Part shown: positions 51,916-60,687 of the stretch, in pieces
Layout of the letters: each line of letters opens with the position of its first letter
Numbering within the stretch: the stretch's first letter is position 1
From: Candidatus Eiseniibacteriota bacterium
GTDB lineage: Bacteria > Eisenbacteria > RBG-16-71-46
Reading direction: 5' to 3'
NCBI GenBank assembly: GCA_963717935.1
Contig: CAVQXP010000001.1
Location: 64,001-128,000 of the forward strand
Length of the DNA: 64,000 nucleotides
Program-made: the position numbers and the translations under genes
The notes under the pieces: generated by a model
The model's input: the letters and a program-made list of their open reading frames with translations, nothing else
What the model was told of the DNA's origin: nothing
The model's database searches: none

Positions 51916-53847
51916 TCACCTCAGCACCGTCACCCGCGTCACTCGCACGCTGGTGCCCTGCGTCAAGCGCACCAGATAGAGCCCGGGCGCAAGGCGACGG
52001 CCCTCGCCAAGGTCGAGCGAGTGGGGTCCCGCGCCCAAAGAGCCCAGCTCACGTTCTACGACCCGCCGCCCACTCACATCCACCAGTTCGACTCGCGCTG
52101 GCGCTGCGCTCGGCAGCGTGAAGCGCAGCAAGAGAACGCCATCCAAGGATGGGTTCGGCTGCACCCCGCACAGGGCAAGTTCGAGCGTTGGCAGGTCGAC
52201 CCACACCTCGCCGTAGAAGCCCTCGACGCCCGCGTCGACGATCCCGAGCCGGTAACCCACGCGGGTGGCCGTGGCGTCGACGCGGTCCGTGTACCGCAGG
52301 TAGCCCGTGCCATCCACCATGACCGCCCCGATCCGCGTCCACCCTCCACCCACCGAGGACCGATAGACGGTAGCCACGCCGCTCCCACTCCCGCCCGCGA
52401 GCCAGGTGAGCGTGATGAAGTCAGCGCCCACGTCGGCGCTGACCAACGAGAGCAGTACAGGGGTCGTGCCGTCGGCCCAGACCCGCTGCGCGTAGATGTC
52501 CAAGTTGCCGTTGCGGTTGTCGCACCAGGCCACGATGGCCCCGCCTGCGCCGTCCGAGGCGAGGGTGGGGACGTACTGAAGGCCGGTGGCGCTGCAGAGG
52601 GCCACGCCGTCGGCCGTCCACTGGACCACGCCACTGGCCGGGATCCGCTGGGCGTAGATGTCCAGGTCGCCACTGCGCTCGTCGTACCAGGTGACGATGG
52701 CCCCGCCCGCTCCGTCCGAGGTGAGCGTGGGGTACCACTGATCGTCACTGGCGGCGCAGAGGACCACGCCGTCGGCCGTCCACTGGACCGTGCCACTGGC
52801 CGAGATCCGCTGGGCGTAGATGTCCCCGTTGCCGCTGCGGTAGTCCTGCCAGGTGACGATGGCCCCGCCAGAATCGTCCGGGGCGATCGTGGGGTAGTAC
52901 TCGTAGGTGTTGACGGTGCACAGGGCCACGCCGTTGGCCGTCCACTGGGGCGTGCCATCGGCCGAGACCCGCTGGACGTAGATGTCCGCGTTGGTGCCGC
53001 TGCGGTAGTCCTGCCAGGTGACGATGGCCCCGCCGGAATCGTCCGGGGCCATGGTGGGCGAGTACTGCTGACTGCTTTCGGTGCAGAGGGCCACGCCATC
53101 GGCCGTCCACTGGGGCGTGCCATCGGCCAGGATCCGCCGGACGTAGATGTTGTTGTTGCCGGCGCGATCGTCCGTCCAGGTGACGATGGCTCCGCCCGCG
53201 CCGTCCGCGACGATCATGGGAGCTTGCTGATTGCCGGTGGCGGTGCAGAGGGCCACGCCGTCGGCCGTCCAATGGACCGCGCCGGCGGCCGAGATCCGCT
53301 GGACGTAGATGTCGGTGTTGACGTTGCGGTGGTCCCTCCAGGCGACGATGGCCCCGCCGGAATCGTCCGGGGCGATGGTGGCGCCTTGCTGAGTGCTGGG
53401 GTTGGCGCAGACAGCCACGCCGTTGACCGCCCACAGGGGAGTGCCATCGGCCAGGATGTGCTGGGCATAGATGTCGTAGTTGCCGTTGCGCCAGTCGAAC
53501 CACGCGACGATGGCTCCGCCCGCACCATCCGAGGTGATGGTGGGGCCTTGTTGATCGCTGGAGTTGATGCACAGGGGCACGCCGTCATTCGTCCACAGCG
53601 GAGTGCCGTCCGCCGAGATCCGTTGCGCATAGATGTCGGAGTTTCCGTTGCGGCCATCGGGCCAGGTGACGATGGCCCCACCCGCGCCGTCCGAGATGGT
53701 GATGGGGGTTGATTGACTGCCACCGGCAATGCAGAGCGGAACGTTCACGTTGGGATCGTCCGGCCACGCAGCGGCGGGGCACGGCCGCAGGAGGGCGAGC
53801 CCGAGCAACCCCGCGCAGACGAAAGGGAACGCTCTCAGGTCGTGCAT
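51916..53847 (-). CDS. secreted protein with 8 ~62-aa beta-propeller-like repeats and a T9SS type A-like C-terminal sorting domain
   Basis: signal peptide; 8x DG.GGAIV.W.D.R....DIY.QR; tail PNP...D.SGR.V...PGLYLVRL. Confidence 0.88.
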   Translation of the reverse strand: MHDLRAFPFVCAGLLGLALLRPCPAAAWPDDPNVNVPLCIAGGSQSTPITISDGAGGAIVTWPDGRNGNSDIYAQRISADGTPLWTNDGVPLCINSSDQQGPTITSDGAGGAIVAWFDWRNGNYDIYAQHILADGTPLWAVNGVAVCANPSTQQGATIAPDDSGGAIVAWRDHRNVNTDIYVQRISAAGAVHWTADGVALCTATGNQQAPMIVADGAGGAIVTWTDDRAGNNNIYVRRILADGTPQWTADGVALCTESSQQYSPTMAPDDSGGAIVTWQDYRSGTNADIYVQRVSADGTPQWTANGVALCTVNTYEYYPTIAPDDSGGAIVTWQDYRSGNGDIYAQRISASGTVQWTADGVVLCAASDDQWYPTLTSDGAGGAIVTWYDERSGDLDIYAQRIPASGVVQWTADGVALCSATGLQYVPTLASDGAGGAIVAWCDNRNGNLDIYAQRVWADGTTPVLLSLVSADVGADFITLTWLAGGSGSGVATVYRSSVGGGWTRIGAVMVDGTGYLRYTDRVDATATRVGYRLGIVDAGVEGFYGEVWVDLPTLELALCGVQPNPSLDGVLLLRFTLPSAAPARVELVDVSGRRVVERELGSLGAGPHSLDLGEGRRLAPGLYLVRLTQGTSVRVTRVTVLR

Positions 53848-53970
53848 GGTGGTCTCCGAGGAGGTCATTGGTAGAGCGAAAGCTCACAATAAGGCGCGGG
53901 GCCTAATCCGGGGTCCCAACCGGCACACCGACAGGCACACCGCGCTTCGTTGCGGCGCTTCAGGTAAGGA

Positions 53971-54046
53971 TGGTGGAGCTGAACGGGATCGAACCGTCGA
54001 CCTCTTGACTGCCAGTCAAGCGCTCTCCCAACTGAGCTACAGCCCC
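53971..54046 (-). tRNA. tRNA-Ala(GGC)
   Basis: GGGGCTGTAGCTCAG...CTTGA-CT-GGC-AG-TCAAG...GGTTCGATCC...CTCCACCA; 76 nt, encoded CCA. Confidence 0.98.
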
Positions 54047-54067
54047 ACACGGTACGGGCGGAGTGAG

Positions 54068-54096
54068 TTTCTACCTCAGCCTCACGCCCCCGTCAA
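54068..54096 (-). promoter_or_regulatory. tRNA-Ala promoter
   Basis: TTGACG-N17-TAGAAA. Confidence 0.65.
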
Positions 54097-54196
54097 ACGC
54101 GGTCCGCAAGCGCCCCGGCCCCTCCCGGGGCCCGCGGGCCGCCACGGCGGTCGCCCGCGCCCGGCACGCCACCGCCGGGCATCGCGGCCACCGGAC

Positions 54197-56293
54197 TCAA
54201 CGGGGCGGGCCGACCTCTTCGTGCAGCGCGCGCTGGACCGCCGCCCCTCCCGCACCGCGGGCGCGCAGCCACTCCAGCAGCTTGCGCGCCTGCGCCTGAT
54301 CGTCCGGGTGGCCGCCTCCCAGAGCGAGGAAGCGCTCGAGCGAGCGCCGGGACTCTCCGTAGCGCATGGCCTGCGACTGGACGTAGCCCAGCAGCCACCA
54401 GTGCCGCCCGACCCCGGGCGCGAGCAAGGTCGCGGCGTAGGCCTCGACCGCAGCGTCCGTCTCGAAGCGGGGGTCGTTCACCATCAACCCGCCGAGCACC
54501 GCGTGCGCCTCGGGATCGAGCCCGTGGCGTCGCACGCCCGCTGCCATGAGATTCAGGGCGGCCATCGTGTCGCCGGCCGCCACCAGACGCATCGTCTCTG
54601 CGATCTCGGGCGTGGGTCCCGCGTCGAGGGCCACCCCTGCCGCCCGCAGTTCCTCCCGCGCACCCGCGGTGTCCCCCAGCGCCCAGCGCAACCAGCCACG
54701 GCAGTACGGCGCGAAGAGTTCGGTCGGGGCCACCGTCTCCGGAAGCTCCAGCAGGTCGAGGGCGACACGAGGGCGGCCGGAGACCATCGCCGTCATCGCG
54801 ATCGTGCGCAGCCGCGCCCGGTCGAGCTTCAGCTCGACCAGGCTGTCGCGCTCGACGATGAAGGCGAACGCCGGCCCGCGGCGGTAGCGCTCCCCGCTGA
54901 ACTCCATGAGGAAATAGGAGCGCAGGCTGCTGTCGCGATAGGCCCAGCGCAACAGCGGACCGTCCGCCGCCTGGAAGCTGCAGAATGCCGGCAGCCCGCC
55001 GAAGAACACCGTGCTCCGCGGGGGCAGCGCGGGCCGCGCGGCGCGCAACTGTCCGAGGTAACGCTCGACGAACGAGGTCGCGCGTTCCACGTAGCGGCGG
55101 TTCACGTGGGACTGGGTGGTCCAGGCGCCCGGGGCCGTGATGAACTCGTCGAGCCGCCGTCCGTTCTCCGAGCCCCAGACCAGCAGCGCCAGCACCACGA
55201 GCGTCGTCTCGCGCGAGCGCCCCGCCAGCCACGCGCCCAGCGCGAGCCCGGCGCCGCACAGGGCGAACAGGTAGTAGTAGGCGCTCCAGGCCGGCGCCAC
55301 CGCGGTCACCGGCAGCGCCCCGAGCAGCGCCCAGACCAGACCGAGCAGGACCGGCGGGAACCCCGGCGCGGCGACCGCGCCCGCCGCGCCGCCCCGCCCC
55401 TTCCCCGCGAACGCGACTGCGGCGAGCGCGAGCGCCAGCGGCACGAGCGGCGGCAACAGCGTGAGCAACCGCGACTCGCCCCCGCGCCGCCACTCGAGCC
55501 CGAGGCCCACCTGCAGCAGGTGCGCGAACGCCGCGGCCGCACCCGCCGGACTCCAGGCGACCGCCTCGCGCGCCCCCGCGCTGCGCAGCATGACCACCAC
55601 CCACAGCACCACCCACGCTGCGACCGCGAGCCCGAGCGGCCACGCGCGCACGAGGCTCCGGCGCCACGGCTCGCCCTGGCGCCGCGCCGCCAGCGCCGCG
55701 ACCAGCGGCGTGAACAGCACCGTCTCCTTCGAGAGCAGGCCACCGAGCAGCGCCACTGCGGCGAGCCAGCGCCGGCCGGCGAGGAACAGCGCCAGCGCCC
55801 CGAGCGCGCCGGCCAGCGCCAGCAGGTCCTGGCTCCCCGAGGCCCACAGCAGCGGCACGTCCGCCGCGTAGTGGAGCGCCACGAAGGCGGCCGCCACCGC
55901 CGCCGCCACCGGGCCCGCCAGGCGCCGCGTCACCAGGAACAGCAGCACGACCACCCCGAGGAAGAGCGCGAGGCTCACGGCGTGGAAGACCACCGCCGAC
56001 TCGCCGCCCGCGCGCGCGAGCAGCCAGAAGTAGAGTTGCCGCCCCACCGGCCGGGCGAAGTTGCCGATCGGGTCCGGCCCGCTCAGCGCCGCCCACAGCG
56101 TGCGGTGCCGCACCTGGTCCAGGAAGAGGAAGTCGTCGGCGAAGAACGGCGCGCGCAGCGCCGCGCGCTGCAGCCAGACCGCCGCGAGCAGGACGAGCGC
56201 GAGCACCGCGGGCCCGGGCAGGACCGGCCAGGCGCAGCGCACGGGCGGCGCGGCGGTCACGACACGGACGGTGTCGGGGGATCTGGGCTTCAC
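54197..56293 (-). CDS. GT-C fold membrane glycosyltransferase-like protein with C-terminal TPR-like helices
   Basis: PFFADDF..L loop, RPV, LLSKET motifs; many TM segments. Confidence 0.75.
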   Translation of the reverse strand: MKPRSPDTVRVVTAAPPVRCAWPVLPGPAVLALVLLAAVWLQRAALRAPFFADDFLFLDQVRHRTLWAALSGPDPIGNFARPVGRQLYFWLLARAGGESAVVFHAVSLALFLGVVVLLFLVTRRLAGPVAAAVAAAFVALHYAADVPLLWASGSQDLLALAGALGALALFLAGRRWLAAVALLGGLLSKETVLFTPLVAALAARRQGEPWRRSLVRAWPLGLAVAAWVVLWVVVMLRSAGAREAVAWSPAGAAAAFAHLLQVGLGLEWRRGGESRLLTLLPPLVPLALALAAVAFAGKGRGGAAGAVAAPGFPPVLLGLVWALLGALPVTAVAPAWSAYYYLFALCGAGLALGAWLAGRSRETTLVVLALLVWGSENGRRLDEFITAPGAWTTQSHVNRRYVERATSFVERYLGQLRAARPALPPRSTVFFGGLPAFCSFQAADGPLLRWAYRDSSLRSYFLMEFSGERYRRGPAFAFIVERDSLVELKLDRARLRTIAMTAMVSGRPRVALDLLELPETVAPTELFAPYCRGWLRWALGDTAGAREELRAAGVALDAGPTPEIAETMRLVAAGDTMAALNLMAAGVRRHGLDPEAHAVLGGLMVNDPRFETDAAVEAYAATLLAPGVGRHWWLLGYVQSQAMRYGESRRSLERFLALGGGHPDDQAQARKLLEWLRARGAGGAAVQRALHEEVGPPR

Positions 56294-56309
56294 GGGGTTC
56301 CTCCCGGAG

Positions 56310-56383
56310 GTGCGGCGTGACGGCCCTGCGAGTCGCGGGACTGTAGCGCGGCGGGACGCGTGCCGGGAAGTGCGAAACGGCGG
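56310..56383. repeat. copy A of 74-bp intergenic direct repeat
   Basis: 62/74 ungapped identity to 57571-57644. Confidence 0.9.
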
Positions 56384-56392
56384 CCGCGTGCC

Positions 56393-57430
56393 TCAGGCCG
56401 CGACTACGACGCGGTTGCGCCCGTCCGCCTTCGCCCGGTAGAGCGCGCGGTCCGCGGCCTCGATGAGCCCCGGCGCGTCGGCGACCGGACCCAGCGCCGT
56501 CGTGGCCACCCCGAGGCTCAACGTCGCGCGCACCACCCCGGACGTGGTCTCGAAGCGCTCCCCCTCGACCTTCCCGCGCATGCGCTCTGCGATGGTCAGC
56601 GCGGCGGTGACGTCACAGCGCGGCAGGACGACCAGGAACTCCTCGCCGCCGAAGCGTCCGACGGCGTCATACGGCCGCACCGCCGCGCGCAGGCTCGCCA
56701 CCACGCCGAGCAGCACGCTGTCGCCGGCCGGGTGGCCGAAGGAGTCGTTCACGCTCTTGAAGTGATCCACGTCCGCCATGATGACCGAGAGCGGCGAGCC
56801 GTCGCGCGTGGACCGCGCCAGCTCGCGCTCCAGCACCTCGAGGATGGCGCCCCGGTTCCACGCGCGCGTGAGCGGGTCCAGCATGGCGCGGCGCCGCAAC
56901 TCGTCGCGCTCCGCGATGAGCGCCGCCTGGCCCTCGCTCAGGGCCTGCATCTCGAGCTCACCCTGCACCCAGCCCGCGAGGAAGCGCAGCGTCTCGAGGT
57001 CGGCCTCGTCGAGCCGCCGCGGGCGCGTGTCCATCACGCACAGCGTGCCCACCTTGCTGCCATCCGTCACCCAGAGCGGGTGCCCCGCGTAGAAGCGGAT
57101 GAACGGCTCTCCGGTCACGAGCGGGCTGTCCCGGAAGCGCTCGTCCTCGAGCGCGTCCGGCACCACGAACGTGTCGTCGCCCAGGATGGCGTAGGCACAG
57201 AACGAGATCGCGCGCGGGGTCTCGGTGGCCCGCACGCCGTGAGCGGCCTTGAACCACTGGATGCGCGAGTCCACCAGCGAAACCAGCGCCATCGGCGTGC
57301 GCAGGACGCGCGCCGCCAGCCGCGTGATGCGCTCGAAGCGCTCCTCGGCCGGCGTGAACAGGAGCCCCAGATCGTGCAGGGCGCGCACGCGCGCGGCCTC
57401 GTCGGGCGGCAGCGGGGCTTCGATCATCAT
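56393..57430 (-). CDS. GAF-domain diguanylate cyclase
   Basis: GAF (SFC..AI, IRFYAG.PL), DVDHFK.VND.FGH..GD, RPYD I-site, GGEEF. Confidence 0.95.
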   Translation of the reverse strand: MMIEAPLPPDEAARVRALHDLGLLFTPAEERFERITRLAARVLRTPMALVSLVDSRIQWFKAAHGVRATETPRAISFCAYAILGDDTFVVPDALEDERFRDSPLVTGEPFIRFYAGHPLWVTDGSKVGTLCVMDTRPRRLDEADLETLRFLAGWVQGELEMQALSEGQAALIAERDELRRRAMLDPLTRAWNRGAILEVLERELARSTRDGSPLSVIMADVDHFKSVNDSFGHPAGDSVLLGVVASLRAAVRPYDAVGRFGGEEFLVVLPRCDVTAALTIAERMRGKVEGERFETTSGVVRATLSLGVATTALGPVADAPGLIEAADRALYRAKADGRNRVVVAA

Positions 57431-57570
57431 TCGTCTTTCCTCCTGGCCTCCCTGCCCCGGGAGCACACGAGGTCCCCCGGGAACGGCCGCCCGGCGGCGG
57501 CGCCCGGACCGCCCTTTCGATGCGGGCAGCAGCCCCATGGCACGCCGGTTCACATCCCCGGGACATCGAC

Positions 57571-57644
57571 GTGCGGCACAACGGCCCTGCGAGCCGCGGG
57601 AATGTGGCGCGGCGGAGCGAGTACCGGGAAGCGCGAAGCGGCGG
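57571..57644. repeat. copy B of 74-bp intergenic direct repeat
   Basis: 62/74 ungapped identity to 56310-56383. Confidence 0.9.
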
Positions 57645-57700
57645 ACCGTCGGGCCCGCCGCTCGCGCCGTTCCTGCGGGGCGCCGGCCGGCGCCCCGGAC

Positions 57701-58261
57701 CTACCTCTGCAGCCGCACGACCACGCGCGACTGGGGGCTCTTGGCGCGGGCGAGCAGTCGTACGTAACGCACCGTGCGCCCGTCGCGGAAGTCGAGCAGC
57801 GAGTAGAGGCCCGGCCGGTGCGTGCGCGCGTTGAAGTCCACGACCTGGGCCTGGCCGTTGCCGAAGACCACCTCGGCCCAGTCCAACTGGGTGCGGCCGG
57901 TGAGTTCGAGATAGAGCTTGTCGCCGCGGTCGTTCACGTCCAGCGCGACCTCGGTCCAGCCCTCGTACTTCTGCAGGGTCTCGCCGTCCTCCCACACCAG
58001 CCGCGCGCGCGGCGGCAGGCTGACGAACAGCGGCAGCCAGATGACGGGCCGCACGTAGACCAGGCGCTCGGTCACGACCACCGGCCGCCGCCGCAGAACG
58101 ACCACGGGCAGCGCACGGCGGATCGGGAAGCCCGGGTGCACGACCACCCTCGTGCGCGCGCGACCTTTGCGCTCGGCGACCTTGACACGGGCCATCCCGG
58201 CTTCGGCGGTCAGAAGTACGGCGGACAGCGCGATGATGCTGACGACCAGGAACCGTCTCAT
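57701..58261 (-). CDS. secreted hypothetical protein (V/R-rich N-part, beta-sandwich C-part)
   Basis: GAGGAGG SD, signal peptide, coding-like codon use. Confidence 0.75.
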   Translation of the reverse strand: MRRFLVVSIIALSAVLLTAEAGMARVKVAERKGRARTRVVVHPGFPIRRALPVVVLRRRPVVVTERLVYVRPVIWLPLFVSLPPRARLVWEDGETLQKYEGWTEVALDVNDRGDKLYLELTGRTQLDWAEVVFGNGQAQVVDFNARTHRPGLYSLLDFRDGRTVRYVRLLARAKSPQSRVVVRLQR

Positions 58262-58308
58262 CTCTTCCTCCTCGTGCGACCAGGGGAGCGCGGTCGAGCA
58301 GGGTGAGC

Positions 58309-58324
58309 AGCAGGGTCCGTGCCA
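58309..58324 (-). promoter_or_regulatory. sigma54 (-24/-12) promoter candidate
   Basis: TGGCACG-GACC-CTGCT with exact GG-N10-GC spacing, ~48 nt before ATG. Confidence 0.6.
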
Positions 58325-58490
58325 CACCCTGCGAGGGCCCACTGCAAGGCCCCAGCGTGGCGCCGTGACGCCGCCGTGACAACGGTGAACCTAGCTGGTC
58401 GCACGACTGGATGGAAGATGCCCCTGCCGGTACGGCTGCGGCGCGGTTGGTGGGTCCGTACGGCCATGCTAAATTGCCGTCCCACCCCGT

Positions 58491-58579
58491 GCCGGAGTGG
58501 CGGAACTGGCAGACGCGCGGGACTCAAAATCCCGTGAGGCTCAAACCTCGTGTGGGTTCGACCCCCACCTCCGGCACCA
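58491..58579 (+). tRNA. tRNA-Leu(CAA)
   Basis: GCCGGAGTGGCGGAACTGG...CGGGA-CT-CAA-AA-TCCCG, long variable arm, GGTTCGAC, CCA end. Confidence 0.97.
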
Positions 58580-58750
58580 ACGACCGCAAGGGCTTGCGGG
58601 GTTCCCGCGCGCGAGTCCGATGGCGCGCGGAGCGCGGAATTGTGTCAGTTCTGTGCTCGTGTCACACCACGACCACCACGTCCCCCCTCCACGCGTCGAG
58701 GGCCGCGAGTCGAACGACCCACGGCCCTCGCGGCTGCTTCGAACGGACCG

Positions 58751-60085
58751 CTACTTGATGATGGTGACCTTGCGGACCGCCGCCTGCTCGCCCTGCTGCA
58801 GGCGAAGCAGGTACATGCCCGGACGCAGGGCGCCCCCCAGATCGAGGTGCACCGTGCGGATGCCCATCTCGCTGCCCGGCAGCGGGAACTCGCGGACACG
58901 ACGCCCGCTGGGATCGAGCAACTCGAGGGTCGCGCGCCCCGTCCCGGCCAGGCTCACGGTCGCGGCCACCCGGCTGCGCGCCGGATTGGGCTGGAGCGCC
59001 GTGATGCCGAACGTGCGGTTCGTCGGCGCCGGCCCGACGCCGATCACGTCACTGACGACGAACTCCTCCTCGTACAGGTTGTCGGACTCGTCGTACTCCG
59101 GGATGAGGTTGTCGGAGTCCACGATGTACGTGAGCAGGTGCGGACCGGGCGTCAGCGCCGGCGCCGGGAACATCACGGTCTCGAAGTCGAACCAGCCGAT
59201 GGCGGGAACCACGCCCCCCGCCAGGAAGCCCCCGTCCAGCCACACCGCCCAGGTGACATCGGTCACGTCGGTCGGTCCGGTGTTGACGATGTCCCACTGC
59301 ACGTCGAATGGCTGGCCGGACTGCGGCGGATCCTCCGGGAGCTTCTTGTTGGTCCCGGAGGTGACGTTCTTCCCGTTCTTGTTGGCTTCCGCCACGGATT
59401 CGGGGCAGACCGTGCCGTCCTTGTGGTTCTTCTTGTACTTGGCGACCGCATCCTTGAACTCCTGGGACGCCGTGCCGGCGGCCGTCGGAGCCGTGATGCT
59501 GCCGCAGCCCGCCTCCCCCTTCGTGCGCGTCCAGGTCCAGGTCACACAGTCGAGGATCTTGCCGTCCGCCTTGCAGACCGCACAGACCTCGAACGTGCTG
59601 ACGACCTTGGTCACGCCATCCGGGTAGCTGGAGTCCCTGATGTTCACGGCGTCCGACATCGTGGTCGGCTTGGCGGTGTGCCCGTCGGACGAGCCGGCGC
59701 TCTTCGTGTCCTTCCCGGCGTCCTCGCCGTTGTAGTACGGGTCCTTTTCGCACACCACGTGATCCACGTACGTGCCACCGGCGGTCATGTCGTCCCCGAG
59801 ATGGACGAAGGCGCCGGACTTGTAGCTCTTCGGGTTGATGGGCTTCCCGTCCTGGTCCGCGTCTCGGCACGTCTGGGTCAGGTAGATCGGGGAGCAATTC
59901 ACCTTGGACGTGTCCGGAGTGTAGGTGATCGAGATGGTGTCCCTCTGCGAGTTACTCGAGGCCTTCCTCACCGTGACGTCGAACTTCCCGTTGGTCCCGA
60001 CGATGGACGCGAGCACGGTCCCGGCGACGATCAGTCCGGCCAGGAGCCCGGCTGCGATGGCGTGGCGCCGCTGGAGCCGGCTCAT
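58751..60085 (-). CDS. secreted Cys-rich protein with CARDB-like domain and T9SS type A-like sorting domain
   Basis: signal peptide; 8-Cys N-domain; IVN.G..VD.DN.I.E.DE.DN CARDB motif; PNP...D.SGRRV...PG.YLLRL tail. Confidence 0.85.
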   Translation of the reverse strand: MSRLQRRHAIAAGLLAGLIVAGTVLASIVGTNGKFDVTVRKASSNSQRDTISITYTPDTSKVNCSPIYLTQTCRDADQDGKPINPKSYKSGAFVHLGDDMTAGGTYVDHVVCEKDPYYNGEDAGKDTKSAGSSDGHTAKPTTMSDAVNIRDSSYPDGVTKVVSTFEVCAVCKADGKILDCVTWTWTRTKGEAGCGSITAPTAAGTASQEFKDAVAKYKKNHKDGTVCPESVAEANKNGKNVTSGTNKKLPEDPPQSGQPFDVQWDIVNTGPTDVTDVTWAVWLDGGFLAGGVVPAIGWFDFETVMFPAPALTPGPHLLTYIVDSDNLIPEYDESDNLYEEEFVVSDVIGVGPAPTNRTFGITALQPNPARSRVAATVSLAGTGRATLELLDPSGRRVREFPLPGSEMGIRTVHLDLGGALRPGMYLLRLQQGEQAAVRKVTIIK

Positions 60086-60687
60086 CGCCTCACCCCCGCC
60101 ATCTGCCGGCGGTAGGAACTGACGGTGGCGGTGTCCGCCGGATTCGTGATCTGGTCTCGCAGCAACTGGAACAGCAGGTCGGTCTCGCCCCGCGTCGCCA
60201 GGTGCTCCCAGCAGAGCGTCAGGGGACCCGAGTCGCGCAGGATCATGAGCGACGCGTTCGGCTCGGAGACGAAGCTCGTGTCGGTGAGCATCGGGTACGC
60301 GGCGATCGCGTCCACGAAGGCCTTGAATTCGAGCGCGGGCACGACCAGCGTGTCGCCGGTGAAGCCATCGTTGCTGTAGTCGAGGTCGCGCTCATACGGC
60401 ACGAATCCAGCGGCGTCGAACACGCGCCCGTCACCGACTCCCGCCATCGAGGGGACCACCTTCTTCTGGTCGCCCAGATAGGTGAACTTGAGCTGATACG
60501 TGGCGTAGTCGGCCAGATTGGGCGACTGGATGGCGGCGAATGGCGCGAGCGGGAGCGTCGCCAGCACGTCGGCCGAGACCGCCGGTGGGTTGTGGCCGAC
60601 CGGCGCGGCTGACCCGAGCAGCAGGAGCGTGCCGAGGAGAAGCGCGCGGACGGGCAGGCGGGTCCAGTGGTAGGAACGCTGGGCCAT
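60082..60687 (-). CDS. secreted hypothetical protein, translationally coupled to the downstream gene
   Basis: AAGGAGG SD, signal peptide, ATGA overlap at 60082-60085. Confidence 0.8.
   Translation of the reverse strand: MAQRSYHWTRLPVRALLLGTLLLLGSAAPVGHNPPAVSADVLATLPLAPFAAIQSPNLADYATYQLKFTYLGDQKKVVPSMAGVGDGRVFDAAGFVPYERDLDYSNDGFTGDTLVVPALEFKAFVDAIAAYPMLTDTSFVSEPNASLMILRDSGPLTLCWEHLATRGETDLLFQLLRDQITNPADTATVSSYRRQMAGVRR

Noticed and set aside
57538..57553. TGGCACG-N4-TTCA as a sigma54 promoter (also TGGCACG at 42492 and 42565)
   Set aside because: Missing or mis-spaced -12 GC, or wrong orientation; the 42.5-kb copies are better explained as a helix
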